Under the pieces are notes generated by a model that worked only from the letters and a program-made list of their open reading frames with translations, had not been told where the DNA came from and did not search any database. This document shows, piece after piece, positions 12,862 through 25,971 of a stretch of 64,000 bases of DNA; the first letter of the stretch is position 1; every line of letters starts with the position of its first letter. The stretch comes from Octopus bimaculoides (taxonomy: Eukaryota). The stretch is from the NCBI RefSeq assembly GCF_001194135.2, contig NC_068985.1:113643302-113707301 (forward strand), read 5' to 3'. The position numbers and the translations under genes are program-made.

Positions 12862-13262
12862 ATGGCTCTGTTGTAAGAAGCTTACTTCTCAACTACATGG
12901 TTCAGGGTTCAGTCCCACTGTGTGGCACTTTGGGAAAACGACTTCTATTATAGCCATGAGTCAAACAAAACCTTGAGAGTAGATTTGGGAAATGGAAACT
13001 AAAAAAAGTTCATCATATACGTGTGTGTGTGTGTGTGTGTGTGTGAGCACGTGTCTTTGCCCTCTCCTACAACTGCTTGACAGTGTTGGCATATTTATAT
13101 CCCTGTAACTTAGTGGTTTAGCAAAACAGACTGCTAGAATAAGTACCAGGCTTTAAAAAAAACAAAGTACTGGAGTTGATACATTCAACTAAAAATTCTT
13201 CAAGGCAGTGCCCCAGCATGACCACAGTCTAACGACTGAAACAAGTAAATGATAGAAGATAA
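12862..13262 (+). mobile_element. SINE family C with (TG)n hinge and tail A
   Basis: Head and core, (GT)n at 13021-13045, then GTGCCCCAGCATGACCACAG...GACTGAAACAAGTAAA. Confidence 0.75.
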
Positions 13263-14245
13263 ATTAAACAATGACAATGATTATGTCTCTAATTTACTTG
13301 GGGAAGGCTTATGCCTCACCTGAGTTCTGAAATTTAATTGAGTCTCATGGAATTGATAAGTGATCGAGACCTTTGGTGATATGCTATGCTTCAGAAGATT
13401 CATCAAGCCAAGTGAAATCATAGTTGTGGCCGATGTCAGCGCCGGGTAAAAAGCACCCATTACACTCTTGGAGTGGTTGGTGTTAGGAATGGCATCCAAC
13501 TGTAGAAACCATGCCAAATCAGATTGGAACCTTGTGCAGCTCTCCAGCTTCAGTCAAACCGGCCCCAACCCATGCCAGCATGGAAAACAGACACTAAATG
13601 ATGATGACTCCCAATAACTGGTCCCACTTAGTTGACATGTAGACTAAGGGAAAATACTTAGGAGATTCTTGCTTTCTTCTTCCATATAAACTTTGAGCTT
13701 CAGAAATATATTTTACCATTTATCTTTTACGTATTCAAGTCACTGGGCTGTGGCCATGCTGGGGCACTATCTTGAATGGTTTAAACTAAGAAAGTAATCT
13801 CTGTACTTATATTTATCATAAATATTTTTTTTTTTAAGTCTAGTACATAGTCTGTGAGTCAGTCTCTTTTACCGAAATGCTGTTGTCAAGCAATGAAGTG
13901 AGGGAACAAACTTAATGACACACAGACATTTATATAAGTATACATATACAATGGACCTCCACATTGTTTCTGTCTACCAAATTCACTCAGAAGGATATCA
14001 GCCACTGACTCTAGTAGAAGACACTTGTCCTAGGTGCCATTCAGTGGGACTGAACCCAAGACCGTGTGGTTGCAGAGCAAGCTCATTAACCACACAGCCA
14101 TGCTTGTGCATTAAAACAAAATTTAAAAAAAAACAAAAAAAAAAATACAATTACCATGATCTAACATAAATCTTTGATAAATCCACATTCAGTTGTTTTA
14201 ATATTTTCTTCAGACAGAAATTACAAATGATTTTATCCTTGTTTT

Positions 14246-14319
<74 letters not shown>

Positions 14320-14335
14320 ATAATGATGATGAAGA
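14246..14335. repeat. Compound trinucleotide microsatellite (CAG)6(TAG)18(TAA)2(TGA)n
   Basis: Read directly. Confidence 0.95.
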
Positions 14336-15049
14336 CGAAAGCAATGATAATAAAAATAATAGAATGAAAGTAAAAGAAACCTTTAGTAGAAATTTTAAAA
14401 TTTCTAAATTTTTCAGAATGTATTTTTGCAATATTGTTGTTGCTCTTATTGAAGTATTTGTGGTAGCTCTTCTGTCTCCTCTCACTCTCTGATTACTGTT
14501 TCACTACAACTACCACCACCACCACTACTACTACTACTACTGCTGCTGCTGCTACTACTACTAATGGTTGTTGGTGTATTTGTTTTATTTCCCGCTTTTG
14601 TTGTCTATGTCATAGTATTGATCATTTGAATAAAAAAAATTTTTATTTTTCATTTTTCAAAGTTATGATTATGATTATTATTATTATTGTTGTTGTTCCT
14701 GTATTAGCTGATCTGTTTTAAAATCTTTTTATTTTTTTGTTTTCTTCTTTTTAAAACTGTTGTTTATTCTCAAAAGTAACCTTATAACAACATTCTGGGG
14801 AAGTTTTCCAATGCAAAGTTAAAAATTTTTAAAAATGGGGAAAAAAAAGAAAAAAAAATTAAAAGCCCTGTACGAACAACAACAACAGAATCAACACAAA
14901 CACATTACGTAGAAATAAAGTACTAAGAACATGCTACGTACAACTGAAGGATTATTAGCTTTTCCTAACCCAGAATCCATCTTCTATTTGTTTCTCCCAC
15001 CCCTGCCACCACTATATATGTCTATGATGTATTGGCGAGGAGGGGAGTA

Positions 15050-15690
15050 AGTGTGTGTGTGTGTGTGAGGCATCGTTGTTTTTGGGGTTTCTAATGCTGA
15101 TTTAATATCTGATACATTGAAGTATATTTGTTTATACACACACACATATATACATTTTTATCTTGTGTATATATGTGTGCATGTGCATATATGTATGTAT
15201 ATGATAATATTTTTAAATGTGCGTAATGTATCTCTATATATAAATATATGTGCATGTGTATATATATATGCGCATGTGTATACATATATATATATGCATG
15301 TATACACACACAAACACATATGTATATATACATATATATATGCATGTATACACACATATATATGTGTATATATATATATATATATGAAAATGCATGTATA
15401 TGTGCACATTTACATGCATGATGTATATTACATATAAGTAGTTTATGTATGTGTGTGTATGTATATATCCATTCATATATATACATATACACACGTATAT
15501 ATGGATATATACACATACTGCATATACATATGTACATACATACATGCACATATGTATACACATATTACATACATACTCATATATATATGCATATATATAT
15601 ACACACACAAGCATATACATTTATGTACTACATAAACACATGTATACATACATGTATATAATATGCGCATATCAATACATATATATGTCT
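15050..15690. repeat. Long degenerate (TA)/(TG)/(CA) microsatellite field
   Basis: Read directly; source of many spurious YI/CV/HT ORFs. Confidence 0.95.
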
Positions 15691-16146
15691 GTCAGTGCTA
15701 CTTGTAATATGTAACCAGTACAACCTGTCACATGATTAGTCTGTTGGCAATTAAACTAGCAACCTTTACTAATCCTGCTTGGTTAGAAGTGTAGTTTTCA
15801 TTGGACACATCACAGGATGAAAAGCAAAACCTACCAAAGGGTGGATGAACCCAGTAAAAAGAACAACCATCCAACCAGATGGGAATGAAACACAATTAAT
15901 TTTTGTTTAGACATATCTCTCCAGAAGGAAAAGTCTGATCTAACATCTGTAAATTTATTTGCATCCAATAATGTAGACTAATCCTTTCTGGGTGAATTCA
16001 TAACATTGTTTCGAGAGTGAAATTTGTCCTGTCGAAGGCTTTTCCTCACTTTAACCCTTTATCTTTTAATCTGGCCATATCAGGTTCAAATATTGCACCT
16101 GTTTTATGTTCAAGGTACAATATTTGGGCCTGATTTACGTTCAAGT

Positions 16147-16470
16147 GAAGGCATGTGGCTCAGTGATTAGAGCATTGGGCTCGCAATTATGAGGTAGTGA
16201 GTTCGATTTCCAGACCAGGCTGTGTGCTGTGTTCTTGAATAAGACACTTTATTTCCTGTTGTTCCATTCACTCAGCTGTAGGAATGAGTTGTAATGTCAC
16301 TGGTGCCAAGCTGTATTGGCTTTTAGCTTTCCACTGGTGTGGGGAGAGGAGGCTGGTATGCATGGGTAAACCGCTGGTCTTCCATAAACAACCTTGCCTG
16401 GAATTGTGCCTCGGAGGGTGACTTTCTAGGTGCAATCCCATGGTCATTCATGATCGAAGGGGGTCTTTTT
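16147..16470 (+). mobile_element. tRNA-derived SINE family S (second copy about 30955-31258)
   Basis: Head GAAGGCATGTGGCTCAGTGATTAGAGC...GAGTTCGATTTCC; body GTTCTTGA.TAAGACACTTTATTTC; tail GGTGCAATCCCATGGTCATTCATGATCGAAGGGGG. Confidence 0.8.
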
Positions 16471-16624
16471 ACCATTTTATGTTCAAACCAGCTAGATCTG
16501 GCCTCACATACTTACTGTTATTATGTCAAAGTAACCAATCACATCATGGAAATCTCAAAGCTGTGTGATAATACATGGCTAATTCAAAAGAATGTGAATA
16601 AGTAAGCATTATATTTGAAAGGGT

Positions 16625-16626
<2 letters not shown>

Positions 16627-16658
<32 letters not shown>

Positions 16659-16920
16659 GTTTAACGTCTGCTTTCCATGCTAGCATGGGTCGGACGATTT
16701 GACTGAGGACTGGTGAAACCGGATGGCAACACCAGGCTCCAATCTAATTTGGCAGAGTTTCTACAGCTGGATGCCCTTCCTAACACCAACCAGTCAGAGA
16801 GTGTAGTGGGTGCTTTTACGTGTCACCCGCACGAAAACGGTGTCTTTTATGTGCCACCCGCACAAGAGCCAGTCCAGGGGCACCGGCAACGATCTCGCTC
16901 GAAAAACCTCATGTGTCACT
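16627..16920 (-). mobile_element. Retroposon 3' module C ending GGACGTTAAACGATGATGAT (near-identical copies 29210-29362, 55549-55740; older copies about 9185, 13430, 20765, 22070, 33770, 44590, 48600, 57985, 60730)
   Basis: Recurrent GGAAGGGCATCCAGCTGTAGAAAC motif and (GAT)n tail. Confidence 0.8.
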
Positions 16921-18678
16921 CCTGAATGCTAAAAGGTTAAAAAGCTTTAGGCTGAAGCATTGCTTGATTTTTTTAATGTTTCCTATGTGCCACATACTAT
17001 GGCTGGCTGTAACCAAAGAACGGTAAAATACTCATTGGCATGAAGGTAAGTATCACGGTGGTTTGTATGTAACTCTTTGGATACCTGCTACTAGAAGCAC
17101 CCATCAATGCCACATCTGTGCAAAAGATGCCTGAGTCTCAAGCAGTCCTTTTGTAAAACATTCATGCACAGAGTTTTTAAATATATGACAGGCTTCTTTC
17201 AGTTTCCATCAAACTCCCACACATGGCATTGATGTGCTGATGTGCCTGGAGCTACTGTAGGAGGTAGATGCCCAAGGTACTGCATGGTGGGACTGAACTT
17301 GAAACCACATAGTTGGGAAAGGGAACTTCATAATTATACAGCTATACCTCAAAGCAACCCCCCCAAAAAAAAACACCCCCACACACACACAGAATTTGAT
17401 TTATGTATTTGTTCTGCTAAAATGTTTGATACAAAAATGTGTGTCAAAACATGTTATAGAGTAGGAAAGTTATTTTATCAATAAGGAAACACACAGACTG
17501 GTTCTATTTCATCCCTTATTATTACTATTATTTGTTAACTAGTTAACCAATTAACTACTTTATTAATTGTTCAATCAATTAATTGATCTACTCTGGTCAG
17601 GAAATGGCGATGAAAAGACTAACAAACCAAACTGATTGATTGATTAATTGAACGATTAATCAGGGACTTTGTTAGTTAATTGATTAATTGGTTAACTAGT
17701 TGACTAATAATAATGATGAGAGGTGATATAGAAGCAATGTGTGTGGGTTTATTATTGGTAAAATATGACTGCCCAATATATAACGACACACACACATACA
17801 CACACATATATATACACGTAAATGACAAAGGGTAAGAGTTGAAGAATGAGTATAAGATGGATGATGGGAGTAGTAAGGTTAAGACATATGACGCAGAACT
17901 AAGACATCAAGGCAAGAAGTATATGGTGGGGGGGGGTAGTTGATGGGGAGAGTAAATCACAACATCTCACATCTTCATCCACTTACACTGTTCTACAAAT
18001 AATCCCCTTCTCTCATTCTCTCACCTATTTCTCCCCGTCACAGTTTGTAACTGCCAGGAGGAAGTTCAATGGGAATGTTTGGCTTTCCCTTCATTAGTAT
18101 TCTGTTAATTAACACAACTACTCTTTAAAAACTGACTCCTTTCCACCACTACTGCAACCAATACCACAACAATTTCATCAATGACAGCAACAGCCAAACA
18201 TAACAAAAACAACATAAGATTCACAACAGTCAAAATTACAGTGAAGAAAAGTAACAAAATTGCCGTTTGTTTTTTAATTGTTGTTTTGTAAGAGTTAACT
18301 AAAACAACACCAAATAACAACATAAAGCCAACAACACTATGCAGTACAGCAGAAACACAATCAAAAACGTAACAATAACAGTAAACAAAATACATAAAAT
18401 ACGTGTTGTGTAGATATTGTGTTACTTGTATGATGTAGGGTGTTGTGTATCTATGTGTCACTTCTTTGTAATATATGCAAGTCAACACCCAGTGTTTTCA
18501 CTGTGTCCTCTTTCATTTCTATCATGATTAGATGGTGATCCTTAAATTATATTCACTGAAAGGACTCCCTTGTCAAGTAAAACTGAGGATGGAGATAGTG
18601 GGGGGAGAAACCTGAGTATATAGAGAAGTGGTGATTGTGGGAACAACAAACATGCACGGCATGGTTTATTTACACAGG

Positions 18679-18718
<40 letters not shown>

Positions 18719-18862
18719 TGTACACATGTACATACCTATGCATACTGGCTTCATGAATATGCATCTGTTTAACTGTGCATGTATGTTCACATGTATATAC
18801 TTGTATGCATTTGTATTTTATGAAGATGATTCCATCTCTGTATATGCATGCATGCATATCAT

Positions 18863-18893
<31 letters not shown>

Positions 18894-19621
18894 ACATATG
18901 TGTGACAGGCATAGCTGTGTGGTTAAGAAGAATGCTTCCCAACTATGTCGCTTTAGGTTCCATCCCACTTCATGGCACATTGGGCAAATGTCTTCTACTA
19001 TAATCTCAGGCCAATCAAAGCACTGTGAGTGAATTTGGTCGATGGAAATTAAGAGAAAATTGTCATGTATGTGTGTACCATCATCACTTAATGTCCATTT
19101 CCTGTTCTTGGAATGGGTTGGACAGCTTGACAAGATATATAAAATATACAAGTGTGTGCCAAATTTCAGGAGGTCCAACAAGGCATATGAAAAAGACTTA
19201 CAGTTTCAGCTAAGATGGTACATCACTAAAAATATCATTTGTTCAGTTGATCTCACTTCCATAATTGTGATCAACTGAAACCAATTCAGGCCACAAAAAA
19301 ACATGACACAGAGAAATTTCATGAAAATCAGCCAACTTAAATGAGTATGAAATGAAGGAACTAGAAATGTAAGAAAGCAAGAGAAGCTGTATTTGAACAG
19401 AAGCATCTTTCCAAAGATTCTTCAGAGTTAACAATGATCTAAGAGCCATGTGTATGCTTTTTTTTTTTTCCATCTTTTACTTGTTTTAGTCATCCAACTG
19501 TAGCCTTGAAGGGTTTAATCAAACAAATTGACTCTAGCACTAATTTATTTCTTAAAGCCTGATATTTATTCTACTGTTTTCTTTTGTCAAACCACAATGT
19601 CATGAGGAAATAAACAAAGGC

Positions 19622-20048
19622 GCAGGAGTGGCTGTGTGGTAAGTAGCTTGCCTACCAACCACATGGTTCCGGGTTCATTTCCACTGCGTGGCACCTTGGG
19701 CAAGTATCTTCTACTATAGCCTCGGGTCGACCAAAGCCTTGTGAGTGGATTTGGTAGACGGAAACTGAAAGAAGCCTGTCATATATATGTATATATATAT
19801 ATGTGTGTGTGTNNNNNNNNNNNNNNNNNNNNNNNNNNNNNNNNNNNNNNNNNNNNNNNNNNNNNNNNNNNNNNNNNNNNNNNNNNNNNNNNNNNNNNNN
19901 NNNNNNNNNNNNNNNNNNNNNNNNNNNNNNNNNNNNNNNNNNNNNNNNNNNNNNNNNNNNNNNNNNNNNNGTCGATTTGCTCGACTAAAGGTGGTGCTCC
20001 AGCATGGCCGCAGTCAAATGACTGAAACAAGTAAAAGAGTAAAAAGAG
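19622..20048 (+). mobile_element. SINE family C, tail A, assembly gap in its internal microsatellite
   Basis: GCAGGAGTGGCTGTGTGGTAAG head; N-gap 19813-19970; tail GGTGCTCCAGCATGGCCGCAGTCAAATGACTGAAACAAGTAAAAGAG. Confidence 0.85.
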
Positions 20049-20063
20049 TAAACCACTACTGGT

Positions 20064-20096
<33 letters not shown>

Positions 20097-20265
20097 CAAA
20101 TACTAATGTGTCCATCTGTTCTAATTTAATTAAATTCTATGTCTTTGTGCAGCTGAGGATTGCTCTGCATTTTAAATTGATGTAATGATTGCATTGTTCA
20201 ATTAAATGGAGTTGCATGAAACAATTGTACAGTATTACCTCTAGATATCCCTGTTGCTTATTTTG

Positions 20266-20296
<31 letters not shown>

Positions 20297-20928
20297 TATA
20301 TTATTAAAAACATCTTAATTCGGCTCTGTGTGACTCAAAATTTTGTGGGCCTTCAACTCTTTCAGAAGCCCATCTCCTACTGGCTTTAGGTTACCAAATG
20401 AAGAAATACAGGAAGTCCAAGATGGCTACCAAAAATGGGCCACTATTGGTCAAGGTGGGTCAATTGTTATTTTCACTTGAAGCCAAACTGTTTTAAATAA
20501 TACAAGCAACTCCTACTACATGTGTTGAGTGGCCCTTTTCGTTTGTATGTCCACTCACTCATATATATATATGTAACCACATGTGCTGTTGTTCTTTTTT
20601 TTCCTTCTTTGGACTTTTCCATTTTCTTTTCCGACAAAGAACTATGCTCAAAACGTCAAAAACTCTCTCTTCTTATTGAGCGTCAGACTAATACATTCTA
20701 TGTGCACATCCTTTTGTTGTTTGTTATTTTTAATGTTCATTTATTTGATTTGACTATAGATATCATCATCATCATCATCGTTTAATGTCCTCCTTCCATG
20801 CTGGCATGGGTTGGGCAGTTTGGCAGGAACTGACCAGGCAGAAGACTGCACCATGCTTCTGTGTCTGTTTTGGCATGGTTTTTACGGCTGGATGCCCTTC
20901 CTAACACCAACCACTCAGCAGAGTGGGC

Positions 20929-20967
<39 letters not shown>

Positions 20968-21972
20968 ATAAAGACAGGTTTCTTTCAGTTTCTGTCTACC
21001 ATATCCTCTCACAAAGCTTTGTTTGGCCTGGGGCTATATTAAAAAGACACCAGCCCGCCCAAGATGCAATATAGGGGGATTGAACCCATAACCAATGAGG
21101 TTGGGAAGTAAACTTCTTACCATGCACCAACACTTTATAAATATATATAACCCATGCTAGCTCATGTCCAACTCATGCTAGCAAAGAAAGCGGACGTTAA
21201 ATGATGATGATGATGATGATGATGATGATATATATGAATAATCACAATCTCCCAGTCACCCAGCTGTGAATTTAGGTGGTAGGAGGAGTGGATGGGTTGG
21301 ATGACATGAGACAAATAATAAAAATGAGACAGCGGAGAAGAAAAAAAACAACAGCAACATCATGAAACATCCTGTCTGTTCTATCCATCTGAACACCTTT
21401 TTCTTTTTAGGTAACCACTTAAAAAGTCTTGGAGAAGGAGAATAGCATTACATTAACCTTGACTGACCCTTCTGTTGACCAACCAGCATCACTGAAAGGA
21501 ATTTCATTGAAAGCTATGAAAGGCAGGAGGTCGCTACTGACATTAGCAGAGAATTGTCCAGGACAACTTTGTTTGGACATTAAAAACTCAAGTGTCAGTC
21601 TAAATATAGCAGACTGATTTTAGATAATTGATATTGGTGAATGTGTACGTGTACTGTATGTGTGTTGTCTAACTATGTAAGCGTGTGAAAATATCTGCAT
21701 GCTGTGTTGTTTAGTTGACATACTTGACACCTTTCATTTTCAATGTTGTAGTTGTAGAAATTGGGGGAGAAAATAATAAAAAAAGAATGGTTGTGTAGGC
21801 GCAAGAATTACTGTGTGGTTAAGAAGCTTGCTAGGTAACCATGCAATTCCAGGTTCAGTCTCACACCATGGCATCTTGGGCAAGTGTCTTTTACTACAGC
21901 CCTGGCCCGACCAGTGTCTTGTGAGTGAATTAAGTAGATGGAAACTTTGGAAGTCCACCATGTGTGTGTGAA

Positions 21973-22008
<36 letters not shown>

Positions 22009-22633
22009 GATATATTGACATAAGAATTTATAAACGTCTAAAAGAATGTGAAATAATTTTGTTGTTCATCATTATCATCTTCCTCCTCCTCCTTTAATGT
22101 CTGTTTTCCATGCTAGCATGAGTTGGACGGTTTGACCGGAGCTGGCAAGCTAGAGAGCTGCATTAAATTCCTGTCTGATTTGGCTTGGTTTCTATAGTTG
22201 GATGTCCTTCCTAATGCCAACCACTTTACATTGTGTGCTGGGTTCTTTGAACACGGTGTCGCACGAGCACTATTACAAGCCACCAGCATGAGTGCTTTCT
22301 ACATGGCACAGGACTTTTGTAGGCCAATCCTCTTCATCAGGGGGAGCAGTCTTAACACCTCTGTTGTGTAGGATGGGTCTTCTTGAGTACACTATAAATA
22401 TCATGTAATTATTGGGTTGAAAAACCCTTTAAGATATCATTTATAACTTCATCACTTGCCTTGAGATTCATTATCCTCAAAAAGACAATAGCTTTGTGTG
22501 TCCATCATTTTAAAGTTTATCTCTTTTATTTTTTAAAGTTGCAAATTGTGTGATTTGNNNNNNNNNNNNNNNNNNNNNNNNNNNNNNNNNNNNNNNNNNN
22601 NNNNNNNNNNNNNNNNNNNNNNNNNNNNNNNNN

Positions 22634-22697
<64 letters not shown>

Positions 22698-22854
22698 ATG
22701 CACATGTGTGTGGCGGAACAGTTGAGAGATAACAAAACTGTCACTTATAGGAAATATAGGCAGCACAAGTTTTAACAAAAAGCATTTCAGTTTATGAAAT
22801 CCAGACATAATAACATCAGTAGTAGTAGTAGTCGTAGTAGTGCTGGTGGTAGTA

Positions 22855-23502
22855 ATCCTGTCTACTATTGGCACAAGGCCTGAAATTTTGGGAGAGGAGG
22901 CCAGACCATTGCATCACCCACAGTACCTGACTAGTACTTATTTCATCATCCCTGAAAGGACGGAAAGTGAAGTTGTTCTTGGCAGAATTTGAACTCAGAA
23001 CATGGTGCTAGGTGTTTTGACCGGTGTGCTAACAATTCTGCCAGCTCACTGCCTTACCAAACTACTAATACTACTACCAATGTTAATTACAACAACAATG
23101 ATAATAATGATAGTTTCAAATTTAGGCACAAGGCCAGCAATTTTGGGTAAGACGGTTAATTGATTACATCGACTCCAGAGTGCAACTGGTACTTATTTTA
23201 TCAACCCTGAAAGGATGAAAGGCTGCTAAGCACTTTGCCCAGTGTGCTAACGATCCCGCTAGCTTGCCTTAATAATAATAAATAATCCTTTCTACTATAG
23301 GCACAAGGTGTGAAATTTTTTTGGGAGGGGACAAGTTGATTACATCGACCCCACCCAGTGTTTCACTGGTATTAATCTATTGACCCTGAGAGGACGAAAG
23401 GCAAAGTTGACGTCAGTGGAATTTGAATTCAGAACGTAGCAATAAGCGAAATACCGCTAAGCACTTTGCTTGGCATACTAACGATTCTGCCAGCTCACCG
23501 CC

Positions 23503-23535
<33 letters not shown>

Positions 23536-23722
23536 GTTCAAATTTTGGGGGTGGGGATTAGTCGATTACATTGAGTTCAAAGTTCAAATGATATTTATTT
23601 TATCAACTCCAAAACGATGGAAAGTAAAGTCAGCCTTTACAGAATTTAAGCTCAGATCAGACAGACGGACAAAATGCCGCTAAGCCTGATTACGCTAATG
23701 ATTCTGTCAGCTTGCTGCCTTG
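22855..23722 (-). mobile_element. Array of four head-to-tail SINE family M copies
   Basis: Copies about 22855-23055, 23110-23271, 23283-23504, 23535-23722, separated by (AAT)/(AAC) runs. Confidence 0.85.
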
Positions 23723-23835
23723 AACAATGATGATGATAATAATAATGAGAAAAAGAAGAAAATAAAAAGAAGTAGAAGAAGACAAGGAAAAAATAAGAAA
23801 AAAAGAAGTACAACCTAATTTGATGTCAGACTTAC

Positions 23836-23902
23836 CTGGAGGAACCGATAAAGTAAAAATGTAAACCAATTGCTAAGCATTTTTTCTGCTACTGATTCAG
23901 TC
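23836..23902 (-). CDS. PlexA: Plexin-A-like exon, GAP: (R)[22 protein letters not shown]
   Basis: tttttcag acceptor, GTAAGT donor; 67 nt; [17 protein letters not shown] motif. Confidence 0.96.
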
Positions 23903-24159
23903 CTGAAAAATAAATGGTAAAGAGAATCAATTAGTTACCATTCTAAAGAACACATTTAGCTAATAATTGACACCTTTCACCTGCAACATCTCTCTCTCTT
24001 TTTCCATCTCTTTAATATTCTACAAGACTTAATTCTCTTGATACCAATCTTCCCAAAGTTATTGCTAGGATTTATAATACTAATGACCTGTTTTAAAGTC
24101 ATCTAAATTAAATCTTTTCATAAAAATTTCATGTTAATCAATGCTCTAATTAGCTTAAT

Positions 24160-24532
24160 TCTTTTACTTGTTTCAGTCATTTGACTGTGGCCATGCTGGG
24201 GCACCACCTTTAGTCGAACAAATCGATTCCAGGACTTATTCGTTGTAAGCCTAGTACTTATTCTATTGATCTGTTTTGCTGAACTGCTAAGTTACAGGGA
24301 TGTAAACACACCAACATTGGTTGCCAAGTGATGGAGGGGGGGGGGACAAACACAGACACACACACACATATACAACAGGCTTCTTTTCAGTTTCCGTCTA
24401 CCAAATCCACTCACAAGGCTTTAGTCGGCCTGAGGCTATTGTAGAAGACACTCGCCCAAGGTGCTATGTAGTGGGACTGAACCTGCATCCATGTGATTGG
24501 GAAGCAAGCTTCTTACCACGCAGCCACTCCTG
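24160..24532 (-). mobile_element. Full-length SINE family C, tail A
   Basis: Colinear with 33971-34391. Confidence 0.85.
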
Positions 24533-25364
24533 TTCAATGGTTTCAAATTTTGACACAGGGCCAGCAGTTTTTGAGAGGAGAGGAAGTCAGTTGCACTGAT
24601 CCCAATACTTGAGTGGTGCTTATTTTATTGACCCCAAAAGGACGAAAAGCAAAGTTATCCTTGGTAGAATTGGGACTCAAAACACAAAGATGGATGAAAT
24701 GCTACCAAGCATTTGTTTGGAGTGTTAATGGTTCTGCCAACTCACTACCTTTATCAGTTTAATAATGACAAAGTTGTTTTACTAAATAATTCTTTTACAT
24801 CCATAAGAGATACTTTCTCAAAACGAATACTGCAGTTTAGAAGGCTTTCAATAATATGTACACTTAAAATATATATATATATACAGATTGCAAATTTTGA
24901 ATTCTTACTATTTCCGTCACTAATAATGAATTTTCATTCAGCCTGCCAGCTAAATGCAACATCAGTGATCTTATCACTGTTTAACTACATCAGCTAGTTA
25001 AACAGCACTATCTAACTACATCTAACTACATGTGGTGATGAGGATATTTACTACTGATGAACCTAACAAGCAGAAACCAAGTGGTCACTCTTCCCCATAA
25101 TGCCAAAGGTCCAACTGCAGGATGATGTATATTTGCTTTTCCATGCTTGCCTGGATTGGACACAATTTGTCGAGGATTTTCTGCAGATTTTCTGTAGCCT
25201 GGTGCCTTTCGTGTCACAAACACTCAACTGTTTTTGAACAAAGTAATATTTCCCTATTGCAGGACATGTTTTTCACAGATGTTCAGAAATGAACAACCTA
25301 ATTTGTATGACAGTAATGACCATTTACATCGCATGATGCTAAGATAAGGGTGGACACACACGTT

Positions 25365-25597
25365 ATGGCGGCGAGCTGGCAGAAACGTTAGCACGCCGGG
25401 CGAAATGCTTAGCGGTATTTCGTCTGCCGCTACGTTCTGAGTTCAAATTCCGCCGAGGTCGATTTTGCCTTTCATCCTTTCGGGGTCGATTAAATAAGTA
25501 CCAGTTACGCAATGGGGTCGATATAATCGACTTAATCCGTTTGTCTGTCCTTGTTTGTCCCCTCTGTGTGTAGCCCCTTGTGGGTAGTAAAGAAATA
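25365..25597 (+). mobile_element. Apparently young SINE family M copy with an alternative 3' tail
   Basis: CpG-intact head GGCGGCGAGCTGGCAGAAACGTTAGCACGCCGGGCG; 9-bp TSD ACACACGTT (25356-25364, 25598-25606). Confidence 0.88.
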
Positions 25598-25971
25598 ACA
25601 CACGTTGTGTGTGTGCTTGTGTGACAGGATTCTTACAGCTATGTCTACCAAATCCACTCACAAGGCTTTTATTGGTCCAGAGCTACAGCAGAAGGTGCCA
25701 TGCAGTGGGACTGAACATGAAACCACACAGGCAGGAAGCAAGCTTCATAGCCACACAGCCACAGCTGTGGTAAGATTAAATAACAGCAACAAACAAGTAG
25801 ATGTACACACAATTAAAGCAGAAATACACACGTATATACACACAATGTAAATATTTTAGAAAGAGTGAGTGAGAGAGAGAGAAAGAGAGAGAGAAAGGGG
25901 GGAGAAAACAGACAGACAGAGAAGGAGGTGGAGGACAAAACTAAATTACATCCTCTTCCACCTCTACTTAC

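Noticed and set aside
14210-14485. Poly-Leu ORF resembling a TM protein
   Set aside because: Antisense reading of (TAG)n/(CAG)n.
15091-15714. YI/CV/HT-rich ORFs (also 35205-36052, 38763-39157, 59699-60063, 60903-61304)
   Set aside because: Translations of dinucleotide microsatellites.
21411-21620. Segment open for about 55-60 codons on both strands, with a + strand acceptor-like site at 21410
   Set aside because: All three frames from that acceptor hit stops within 12 codons; the minus-strand acceptor gives the wrong phase for plexin; no recognisable motif.
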